Shown here piece after piece: positions 54,553 through 61,788 of a stretch of 61,788 nucleotides of DNA. Source of the DNA: an uncultured Candidatus Bathyarchaeia archaeon (GTDB lineage: Archaea; Thermoproteota; Bathyarchaeia; RBG-16-48-13; CAYWPD01). Each line of letters begins with the position of its first letter. Position 1 is the stretch's first letter. The notes below the pieces were generated by a model. It was not told the origin of the DNA. It did no database searches and worked only from the letters and a program-made list of their open reading frames with translations. Location of the stretch: contig CAYWPD010000002.1 of NCBI GenBank assembly GCA_964460055.1, positions 6,400 through 68,187 of the forward strand. The letters run 5' to 3'. A program made the position numbers and the translations under genes.

Positions 54553-55818
54553 TCAGACGAGGAATCTCTCGTAGCTGAGAATGTGGCTAGGTATCGATGC
54601 CCTTAACCCTTTCAACGTGCCGAAAGAGCGCATCAGAATGCGCATATTTCTCGGGTGGCGTGTCCGCATAAGCCATTTGCGTAGGTTGAAGGCTCTGAGG
54701 AGTCTGGCATTGAATATCGAGGCCCCTATGTCCATGTTCTCGGAGACCATTTTCGCTCTTTCGAGATGCTCGATGCCCTTCAGAAAGACTAGATCTGCGA
54801 GATGTATCGTGTTCCTAACGACGCCGCCTTCCTCCAACCTCTTGACTACCTCGACTGGACTGCTTGACTTGACGTCTTCCATCGAGCAGGAGCCCTGTTC
54901 TATTCCGAGCATAATGACGCTGTTCACTATGCTGTCCCTAAGGTCGATAGTCAGGTCAGATACGTCGTCGTAAATCAGCGTCGATTTGAAGATATAGTCA
55001 AGGCCTTTCCTTATCGATTCTATTGCCTTCCTTTCTTCGCCATCAAGTTCTCCTTGGTTCTTCTCATAGAAGCAGAGGTCTATGTTGATCCAGATTCCGC
55101 CAACGCCCTTCTCTGAGATTACTCTCAGATAGTCTCCTATCGACATTCCAGAGTAACCTTCGAATCTCCGCTCATCGATCTTCTGTCGCAGCGAAGCGAG
55201 CTGCCCTTCGGTTGCCTTGTGTATGTCATTGACATAGACACGATACATCTCTGACTCAGGATGCATGTTGTCTACTAGGATGTCGTGAGCCCATCGGGCC
55301 ATCATGAATGAGCTGTTCTCGGCCTTCGTGACATCGTCACCGTTCGCACCGTCAAAATCGAACTGGCCTTCTGTAAGGGCTGCATCAAATCGCTGGAGGG
55401 AGTTCACCGCCCTGTCGAAGGAGTGGACTTGGTCGTTTATGTTGTCTAGGACCTTGGTCGCTGTGACGGAGGAAGCTTTGGCGAAGCTCGATAGGGCGAT
55501 GTCTCCGGGCGGAGCTACTCGGTAGAGCATCGGGTATGAGCTCATTGCGGCGAGATAGGAGGCATACACCAGATGCTTTTGTTTCAGCAGTCTCCTTCTC
55601 TTGAGTTCTTCTTGACTCATGAAGAGCGGACCGTCTCTGATGGTGTCGAATCTCTGATTGAACTGCATGAGCGAGTTCGTCGCCTCTCGCTGAACAACTT
55701 TGTAGTTTACTGAGGGGAAGGTTTGCATGTAGAGGAGCGCAGCTAGGGAGGCGACTTTGTAGAAGAGGTTCAGTCCTTCTCTCTTGGGCGAAGACTGGTT
55801 CGTTTCGCCTAAAATCAT
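54553..55818 (-). CDS. Divergent trans-isoprenyl diphosphate synthase-like (class I isoprenoid synthase fold) protein
   Basis: YLRVISEKGVGG...LDYIFKSTLIYDDVSDLTIDLRDSIVNSV parallels Y..MI..KT..L...G.AFQI.DD.LD...D...GK of polyprenyl synthases (DDVSD at about residues 284-288). The position equivalent to the first Asp-rich motif reads ATKVLDNINDQ (DNIND, about residues 125-129). Confidence 0.45.
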   Translation of the reverse strand: MILGETNQSSPKREGLNLFYKVASLAALLYMQTFPSVNYKVVQREATNSLMQFNQRFDTIRDGPLFMSQEELKRRRLLKQKHLVYASYLAAMSSYPMLYRVAPPGDIALSSFAKASSVTATKVLDNINDQVHSFDRAVNSLQRFDAALTEGQFDFDGANGDDVTKAENSSFMMARWAHDILVDNMHPESEMYRVYVNDIHKATEGQLASLRQKIDERRFEGYSGMSIGDYLRVISEKGVGGIWINIDLCFYEKNQGELDGEERKAIESIRKGLDYIFKSTLIYDDVSDLTIDLRDSIVNSVIMLGIEQGSCSMEDVKSSSPVEVVKRLEEGGVVRNTIHLADLVFLKGIEHLERAKMVSENMDIGASIFNARLLRAFNLRKWLMRTRHPRNMRILMRSFGTLKGLRASIPSHILSYERFLV

Positions 55819-56026
55819 ATTGGAGTCTGTTTCTCCAATAGTTTCGTGTGATCATATTATTCTCATACACATATATCTATTTCCCCGGCCTCGTATGGAA
55901 AAAAGGACGTTCTGGAAGGCTCGGTGGGCCTAGTTAAGCGTGATAGAAGGAGAATTTGAGAAAAGGACCGGATACCCGCACGAAAAGGAGGCCGAGGCCT
56001 GAGAGGTGACACCCGCGCTATCTACT

Positions 56027-57214
56027 TTAGCACCAGCGCCTGCAGAGTTCCGCTACCGAGTCTTTGACGAGCTTCAGGTCGCTCAAATGGATGTACTCGT
56101 CTGCTCCGTGAAAATTGCAGTCTTGTCTGAGCGGGCCGAATGAGACGACTGGGATTCCTACTCTTGCTAGGTAGTGGCCGTCGTTTCCTCCGAGTTCTCC
56201 GGCGATGGGTACTTCATAACCTGCCGCGGCGTTGGCCGCGCTTGAGAACTTTTTGACGAGTGGCTGTTCGGGGTCCGTGTGGTAGTTCTGGGGTTTCTTG
56301 TCTGGTATCTCAAGTTCGGCTTCTATTCTGTGCTTCTCTTTGAGTGCTTGGAAGTATTGCGTGAGGTCTGCGACTGCCTTGGCTGAGTCTTCATCTGGGC
56401 ATACTCTTAGGTCGAATCTTGCTTCGCATTGTCCTGGGATTATGTTCTCCTTCTGGCCCGCTTGGAGCATCGTGATGGAGAATCTTCCCCATATGTACTC
56501 GTAGGGTGATCCGGGTGGGGCTCGGATCTTGGATCTGATCAGCGCCCTCTTCGCGGCATATTCGCTGAGTTCAGCCAGAAATGGGAGGGCTTTCTCGACC
56601 GCATTGACTGCTATATGCGGGTACCCTGCGTGCCCTTGCAGTCCTCTTACGACTATCTTTCCCCATACTGCTCCGCTCGCTCCGATGCTCACGACGTCTG
56701 GTCCCGCGTCCAAGATGACGGCACCGTCTCCTTTGATTCCCACTCGGTTGACTAGGTATCCTATACCCAGGTCTCCGCCTACTTCCTCGTCAGGAGAGAT
56801 TAGTAGAGACACGTTGCATTTGGAGCTCTTATCTTCGGAAAGTGCACGGAGTGCGCCTACGGCTGCTGCTATCGCTCCTTTGTCGTCGGCGGCTCCTCTG
56901 CCGTAGGCTTTCTCGCGTTCAACCGTCAATCTGAATGGGTCGTGCTTCCATCCCGCTCCTGCTGGGACAATGTCGTAGTGCGTGACGAGCAAGATGGTCT
57001 GATTGGATCCCGTGTCCAACTTCACTACGACGTTGGGTCGCGGCTTGTTATCCTCAGACTCGGATATCGCGTCGTGTATCTGAACCTCCAGGCCTAGTTT
57101 CGACGCTTCTTCGTCTAGGAGTCTCGCGCACTCAGCATATCCTTGCTTGGTTGTGGAGTCTGTGTTAATCTCGACGAGTTTTGCGAGAAGTTCAATCTCG
57201 TATTCGCCCTTCAA
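56027..57214 (-). CDS. M20-family metallopeptidase (ArgE/DapE/acetylornithine deacetylase-like)
   Basis: LLVTHYDIVPAG, YGRGAADDKG and LISPDEEVGG motifs. Confidence 0.8.
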   Translation of the reverse strand: MKGEYEIELLAKLVEINTDSTTKQGYAECARLLDEEASKLGLEVQIHDAISESEDNKPRPNVVVKLDTGSNQTILLVTHYDIVPAGAGWKHDPFRLTVEREKAYGRGAADDKGAIAAAVGALRALSEDKSSKCNVSLLISPDEEVGGDLGIGYLVNRVGIKGDGAVILDAGPDVVSIGASGAVWGKIVVRGLQGHAGYPHIAVNAVEKALPFLAELSEYAAKRALIRSKIRAPPGSPYEYIWGRFSITMLQAGQKENIIPGQCEARFDLRVCPDEDSAKAVADLTQYFQALKEKHRIEAELEIPDKKPQNYHTDPEQPLVKKFSSAANAAAGYEVPIAGELGGNDGHYLARVGIPVVSFGPLRQDCNFHGADEYIHLSDLKLVKDSVAELCRRWC

Positions 57215-57270
57215 TCCCTCTCTCCTCCTCTCGTCTGAGTAGATGCACTACATTCGATCTGTTTTTCAGG

Positions 57271-58041
57271 CTATCTCAACTTGCTTTGGCTGATCATGGA
57301 TGTGACCTCGTCTTGGAGCTCGAAGAACTCTTCGGATTTGACGTTTCGTGGCCTTTCCAGTTTGACTTTCACTTCACCTATGATCCTTCCTGGCCTTGGT
57401 GACATGACTATGATTCTATCCGCCATGAAGACGGCCTCCTGGACTAGGTGTGTTACCATTATGATTGTGTCCGGCGGAATCGACGGGTCGGACCAGGATT
57501 CCAGTACTTCTCGGCGCAAGGTATCTGCGGTCAATGCGTCCAAGGCGGAAAAGGGTTCATCCATTAGAAGTACATCCGGATCGGTGGCGAGTGCTCTGGC
57601 TATTCCCACTCGCTGCTTCATACCTCCGGAGAGTTCCTTTGGATAGCTGTTTTCGAAGCCTTCCAGCCCTACGATGCGGATGAACTTCATGGCGATCTCT
57701 TTTCGTCGATCTTTGGGTATGCCGTGCATTTCCAGTCCGAATTCGACGTTGTCGAGGACGGTCTTCCATGGAAGTAGGGCGAAGGTTTGAAAGATTATGC
57801 TTATCTTAGGGTTTGGCGTGTTGATTTGTTCTCCTCTGAAGAGGATCTCGCCCATTGTGGGATGATCCAAGCCGTCAATCATCCTCAGGAGAGTTGATTT
57901 GCCGCATCCTGACGGGCCGACTATGCAGAGTATCTCCCTTTCTCTGGCCTCTAGGGAGATGTCGTCCAGAACCGTGAGTTCTTCCTCACCGCGGATGAAG
58001 TTCTTGCTGACATGTCTCACCTCGACGACGGGTGCGGACAT
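57271..58041 (-). CDS. ABC transporter ATP-binding protein (NitT/TauT nitrate-sulfonate-bicarbonate family)
   Basis: GPSGCGKSTLL, LSGGMKQRVGIARAL and LLMDEPFSALD. Confidence 0.88.
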   Translation of the reverse strand: MSAPVVEVRHVSKNFIRGEEELTVLDDISLEAREREILCIVGPSGCGKSTLLRMIDGLDHPTMGEILFRGEQINTPNPKISIIFQTFALLPWKTVLDNVEFGLEMHGIPKDRRKEIAMKFIRIVGLEGFENSYPKELSGGMKQRVGIARALATDPDVLLMDEPFSALDALTADTLRREVLESWSDPSIPPDTIIMVTHLVQEAVFMADRIIVMSPRPGRIIGEVKVKLERPRNVKSEEFFELQDEVTSMISQSKLR

Positions 58042-58052
58042 CGTTGCTCCTC

Positions 58053-59798
58053 CTAGTACTCGAAGCGGAACTTCTCGGTCTTCTTCAACAGTCTTCGCCA
58101 GACGAGCCTGTTGAGGACCAAGATGATCGTGGTCATAGAGATTAGCGATATCGCTACTAGTGTTGGGTCTCCAATTTGGGAGGAGAGGTCTAGGAACGAG
58201 CCAAGTCCTTCGAGAATGTATGTTCTTCCCCCGAAGGTGATGTATTCAGAGGCGATGCTTGCGTTCCATCCTCCACCCCACGCTTGAATGCTTCCTATGA
58301 CGACTCCAGGGAAGATTGCGGGTAGAAGAATGTGCTGACTGTAGGCGAGTCCTCTTGCTCCATACGCCGTCGCGGCTTCAACAACGTCCGTGGGGACAGC
58401 GTGGATTGCTCCTATGATGTTGAAGAGGAGATACCACTGCATGCCGGTTATTACTAGCAGAATCGATGCCATCTCGACTGCCCAAGGCTGGCCACCGGAG
58501 GCATCGATTATGAACTGGACCATGAACGGGAAAAGTGCTAGGGCAGGCACGGATTGGGCTACGTCGAATATCGGAATGAATATCCTTGATAGCTTCTTGC
58601 TTCTGGTGACGTAAAGTCCGGCCAGGAGCGTCCAGCCCAAGGCAATGGCGTATCCCGCTCCCAGTCTGAGAGCTGACTTCAGAGCGTAGACAGGGAGCCT
58701 TAGAATCTCCGAATGGGATAGTAGTTCTTGCACTATGTCTCTGATCGACGGAATCGGCGTTCTGAAGGCGAAGGCCAGCAACGTAATCAACACTCCGGCA
58801 AGCGCTACGAGACTCACGACGTAATTCAAGTGGTGATAGCGCCCACGTAGTCTACGGAGGGACTGGGAAGCACTGAGCTGGAATCTTCTGACGTGATGCG
58901 AGGTAGCAAGATGGTCTAGGTAGACTCTCTCTCTGTGGATTGCTCGCGAGACCAGCTCGTACGTCCCTTTCGAGTATCTTCTCAGGGCGGCTGGTAGAGC
59001 TGCTTTCTTCTTGGTGACGATGGGTGGGGCTATCGTCTCAAACCTGTACTTCTCTGAGTAATCGATCAGAGGATGCCAGACAAGCCTGTTGATGACCAGC
59101 ACCAGACCTGTGAGGACTGCCAGGCCGAATATCGCGCTCGCTGTATCCCCGACCATCACAGAGTTGAAGAGGTAATAACCTATGCCGGGCAGGGTCCTTG
59201 CCGGTTTCCCGAAGGTAAGGTATTCGCAGGCTGTGAGAAAGTACCATCCACCACCCCACGCCAGGATGCTTCCAGAGACTATTTCTGGAAATATTGCGGG
59301 CAATAGTATGTGGCGAATGTATCTCCAACCGCGTGCTCCGAAGGCGTTGGAAACTTCGAGCATATCTCGAGGGATCATCTGGACGCCCCCTATCGCCCCG
59401 AAGGCTACAGCCCAGGCCATTCCGGTAAAGATCAATAGGATGGAGGCGAGTTCTGCCCCGATCGGTTCTCCGAGCGTCGAGATGAAGAAGAAGAGGACTG
59501 CGGGCAGGTATCCAAGAACGGGGATGGACTGAAGAATGTCTAGGACAGGGACAAGAAGTTTCCCCACTCTCTCGTTGAACCCGAATGCTATTCCACATCC
59601 GATGCCGAAGAGCAAAGTGAGGATGTAGGCGAAGGTCATTCGTGTGAGGCTTCGCAGTACAAAGTAAGGGAGCATTATGGTCTCAGGATTTGAGAGGACC
59701 GATGAAGCCAGAGTCTGTATCTGGGGGGCGACCGGAGAGACTAGGAAGGCGACAGCAGCGGACGTCGCGAGAAGATGCGTCTTGGCCCAGATAGCCAT
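58053..59798 (-). CDS. ABC transporter permease, tandem-fused double permease (NitT/TauT family)
   Basis: 581 aa with two repeats of the same permease module (…SIPVLGYLP…FGARGWRYIRHILLPAIFPEIVSGSILAWGGGW… and …SVPALALFP…YGARGLAYSQHILLPAIFPGVVIGSIQAWGGGW…). Confidence 0.85.
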   Translation of the reverse strand: MAIWAKTHLLATSAAVAFLVSPVAPQIQTLASSVLSNPETIMLPYFVLRSLTRMTFAYILTLLFGIGCGIAFGFNERVGKLLVPVLDILQSIPVLGYLPAVLFFFISTLGEPIGAELASILLIFTGMAWAVAFGAIGGVQMIPRDMLEVSNAFGARGWRYIRHILLPAIFPEIVSGSILAWGGGWYFLTACEYLTFGKPARTLPGIGYYLFNSVMVGDTASAIFGLAVLTGLVLVINRLVWHPLIDYSEKYRFETIAPPIVTKKKAALPAALRRYSKGTYELVSRAIHRERVYLDHLATSHHVRRFQLSASQSLRRLRGRYHHLNYVVSLVALAGVLITLLAFAFRTPIPSIRDIVQELLSHSEILRLPVYALKSALRLGAGYAIALGWTLLAGLYVTRSKKLSRIFIPIFDVAQSVPALALFPFMVQFIIDASGGQPWAVEMASILLVITGMQWYLLFNIIGAIHAVPTDVVEAATAYGARGLAYSQHILLPAIFPGVVIGSIQAWGGGWNASIASEYITFGGRTYILEGLGSFLDLSSQIGDPTLVAISLISMTTIILVLNRLVWRRLLKKTEKFRFEY

Positions 59799-59900
59799 GC
59801 CTCCCTTGAGCTAGCGAAGTGGCCGACGTGTCGGATTTAGGCTTTGCGCAGGTACGAAGAGAATTTTAGCATCTTGTTCCTACTATTCCGTTGAAATCAG

Positions 59901-60419
59901 TTGAGTCGTAAGATCGTTCACGTTGCCAGTCTGGGGCAGTTGACAGGTCTTCTGAACGCTTTGAATCTGTTGGGAGCCAAGGAGGATATTGCGAGGCTCT
60001 GCACTGATTTGCACCTCGATCTTGCCAAGATTGTTCCTCTCTTGGAGGTTTCAAGGAGTCTTGGCTTTGTTGATGTGGATGACGGTGATGTATCTCTGAC
60101 TGAACTGGGCCACAATTTCATTCATAGCCGGTCAAGGGAGAAGAGGAAGATCCTTAGGAAGACGATCTCGAACTTGGAGCCTTTCACAACTCTGATGCAG
60201 ATGCTCAGAGATGACGGCGAGATAGAAAGAAGTGACGTCTTGGAGGTCCTAAAAGACCGTTTTGAACCCCATGAGGACTTGGAGAGGGCTTTCAACATGG
60301 TGATCAACTGGGGGAGATACGCTCAGCTATTCGCCTATGACCAAGATTCAGAGAAGGTGACGATTCACAGGCCGGTCCACATACCCGAAGAGCTTCCTGC
60401 GAAGATGACTGAATCGTAG
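59901..60419 (+). CDS. Stand-alone AAA-associated (ABC NitT/TauT ATPase C-terminal-like) domain protein
   Basis: LGQLTGLLNALNLLGAKEDIARLCTDLHLDLAKIVPLLEVSRSLGFVDVDDGDVSLTELG...NWGRYAQLFAYD resembles the domain normally fused to the C-terminus of this transporter family's ATPases. Confidence 0.55.
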   Translation: MSRKIVHVASLGQLTGLLNALNLLGAKEDIARLCTDLHLDLAKIVPLLEVSRSLGFVDVDDGDVSLTELGHNFIHSRSREKRKILRKTISNLEPFTTLMQMLRDDGEIERSDVLEVLKDRFEPHEDLERAFNMVINWGRYAQLFAYDQDSEKVTIHRPVHIPEELPAKMTES

Positions 60420-60470
60420 GGAGGAAGGCCTTCAAGCACTTCATACGCTCTGGGCGCCAAATCTGTCAGG

Positions 60471-60785
60471 GTGCTTTCGGTCGAACGTGACGCTTATAGG
60501 CAACCCGCAAATGCAATCAACTTGGATGCAGGCGTCTTGGGCGTTGTGGAGATAGGTATCCTGCTGGTATTCTTGGGATTCCTAGTCGTGCTAGCCTCCA
60601 TGGTAATGATGTTCCTAGGCTCAACAAGGGAGAACAGATCAGCCCGAGGAGGCGCCGTGATAATGATTGGCCCGATCCCCATAGTCTTTGGATCAGACAG
60701 ACAATCGGCCAAGATTCTGATGATTCTGGCCGCAGGGCTTATGATCCTAGCCATCTTTGTCATGTTTTGGATGGGAGGCTGGTAA
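60471..60785 (+). CDS. DUF131/TIGR00304-family small membrane protein, copy 1
   Basis: TM, then ARGGAVIMIGPIPIVFGSD, then TM. Start codon uncertain (GTG at 60471 or downstream). Confidence 0.6.
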   Translation: MLSVERDAYRQPANAINLDAGVLGVVEIGILLVFLGFLVVLASMVMMFLGSTRENRSARGGAVIMIGPIPIVFGSDRQSAKILMILAAGLMILAIFVMFWMGGW

Positions 60786-60788
60786 CGC

Positions 60789-61196
60789 CTGGCCAAGAAT
60801 TGCGATATCTGTGGTGTTAACGATGCCGAGTATGTCTGCAGCACCTGCGGCAGAAGCGCCTGCTCGACTTGTTTTCGGCCGTACAGCTGGAAGTGCGCAG
60901 AATGCGATTCTGTGATGACGCAAGCCGGACCGCGGCCGACGAGACCGATCTCCACTTGGCTGCTGTTCGCGGGAATTGCCGTCATACTTCTGGGAATGAT
61001 TGTTACCGTCGTAGGTTCACTTGTTGAAGGTGGCATAAGCTTCGGCGGGATCTTCCTCATAGGGCCGATACCGATCATTCTTGGGACTGGCCCATTCTCA
61101 TTTTGGCTGATTATCCTAGGCGCTGTCCTCGCTTTGGTGGCGCTGGCCTTCTTCATGGTCAAGCGAAGGAAGGCGGAGGAAGTTATCCCGACGTGA
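60789..61196 (+). CDS. 8-Cys zinc-binding module fused to a DUF131/TIGR00304 membrane domain, copy 2 (probable CTG start)
   Basis: (CTG)AKNCDICGVNDAEYVCSTCGRSACSTCFRPYSWKCAECDSVMTQ...GGIFLIGPIPIILGTG... The ORF track starts at GTG 60912, after the whole Cys module. There is no ATG/GTG/TTG between the preceding TAA (60783) and 60912. Confidence 0.6.
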   Translation: MAKNCDICGVNDAEYVCSTCGRSACSTCFRPYSWKCAECDSVMTQAGPRPTRPISTWLLFAGIAVILLGMIVTVVGSLVEGGISFGGIFLIGPIPIILGTGPFSFWLIILGAVLALVALAFFMVKRRKAEEVIPT

Positions 61197-61220
61197 ATGT
61201 TCTGAGCTGGGTCTGCCGCG

Positions 61221-61652
61221 TTGAAGATGAAAGCTTCTCTCATCGACATGAACGTGAAGAGCAAGCATCTTGTCAACTCGGATTTGCTTGTCTATGGCGC
61301 CTGCATCTCGAAGGAGCAGCCGAAGCTCTTCAAAGAGATCTCTAAGGGAAGACTGCCTCTAGGAGTCTGCCTCGAGGGGCATCATATGAACGTGGTTGGT
61401 TTCAAGATCGCTACAATACTCAAGACAGCCCGGCCAAAGTCCATGGTGGTCTTGACTGTAGATGGCTCTCCACACTGTGTTCAGCTCCACTTCGCTGCTC
61501 AACAGGCAAAGCTACTGACGGATTCGAAGATAGAGCTCAGCCACTATGTGGTTGAGAAAGGGGAGCTGATCAAACTGACTCCGGAATCGATTCGAGTAGC
61601 TCGCCACCTCTCCACAGTAGAGAAGAGCCTCAGATGCAAAGAAGGGACCTAA
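61221..61652 (+). CDS. Hypothetical protein
   Basis: 143-aa ORF with protein-like composition. No motif I can assign. Confidence 0.35.
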   Translation: MKMKASLIDMNVKSKHLVNSDLLVYGACISKEQPKLFKEISKGRLPLGVCLEGHHMNVVGFKIATILKTARPKSMVVLTVDGSPHCVQLHFAAQQAKLLTDSKIELSHYVVEKGELIKLTPESIRVARHLSTVEKSLRCKEGT

Positions 61653-61788
61653 ACGGTCTTGCTCGCCTATTGGCAAATGTGAAGAAAGTCTTAATTCACG
61701 GCTACTATAGGGTTATGCTCGCGGCTGTAGAATGCGGCTGTGGATCCTCTGAGCAGAATCTAGCCTGGTCTAGGACTTCAAGCTCCAT

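Noticed and set aside
60494-61276. 260-aa minus-strand ORF spanning both DUF131 genes
   Set aside because: The plus-strand frames carry the conserved GPIPI family motif twice plus an 8-Cys module. The antisense translation has no recognisable features. Judged a shadow ORF.
61705-61788. Open frame on the minus strand at the extreme right edge (MELEVLDQARFCSEDPQPHSTAASITL-stop)
   Set aside because: Only 27 codons are visible and there is no motif. I cannot tell whether it is the tail of a gene lying outside the window.
1-61788. Search for tRNA/rRNA genes, CRISPR arrays, transposases or integrases, and in-frame TGA/TAG recoding
   Set aside because: No T-loop (GGTTCGAATC-like) contexts occur in intergenic regions. 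I noticed no repeat-spacer arrays and no transposase or integrase-like ORFs. Apart from the in-frame TAA at 60783 (reported above), no gene seemed to need stop-codon recoding.

Overview
This is an archaeal chromosomal window. The evidence is eukaryote/archaea-type ribosomal proteins eS4, eL19 and eL32, plus RtcB, a GPN-loop GTPase, a PAC2 proteasome chaperone and aKMT-like methyltransferases, which suggests a TACK-like lineage (inference only). Strong GGAGG/GGTGA Shine-Dalgarno motifs precede many genes.

The core, at about 7.8-19.9 kb on the minus strand, is the large ribosomal-protein cluster: SPOUT-MTase, uL3, uL4, uL23, uL2, uS19, uL22, uS3, uL29, uS17, uL14, uL24, eS4, uL5, uS14, uS8, uL6, eL32, eL19, uL18, uS5, uL30. 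RtcB lies just upstream of it. The rest is mostly housekeeping or metabolic:
- AmmeMemo-type radical SAM enzyme
- four-subunit 2-oxoacid:ferredoxin oxidoreductase
- argF, ornithine cyclodeaminase, a class III aminotransferase and an M20 peptidase
- a cyclic amidohydrolase / creatininase / DUF917 group
- an ABC importer

I saw no rRNA, tRNA, CRISPR array or mobile element.

The most interesting observations are:
1. Four genes whose conserved or structured N-termini lie upstream of any ATG/GTG/TTG. Each has an in-frame CTG 9-12 nt after a GGAGG-like motif.
2. A four-CBS protein whose C-terminal domain looks like a bacterial HPF/RaiA ribosome-hibernation fold.
3. An uncharacterised isoprenoid-type cluster at 50.7-55.8 kb: a UbiA prenyltransferase, a divergent trans-prenyl-synthase-like protein with a degenerate first Asp-rich motif, a small membrane protein and two V4R-type putative ligand-binding proteins.
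4. A triad of small coiled-coil proteins around a divergent promoter.
5. Tandem in-frame DUF131 membrane genes, the second carrying an 8-Cys zinc module.

All family assignments come from reading motifs by eye. No database search was run.
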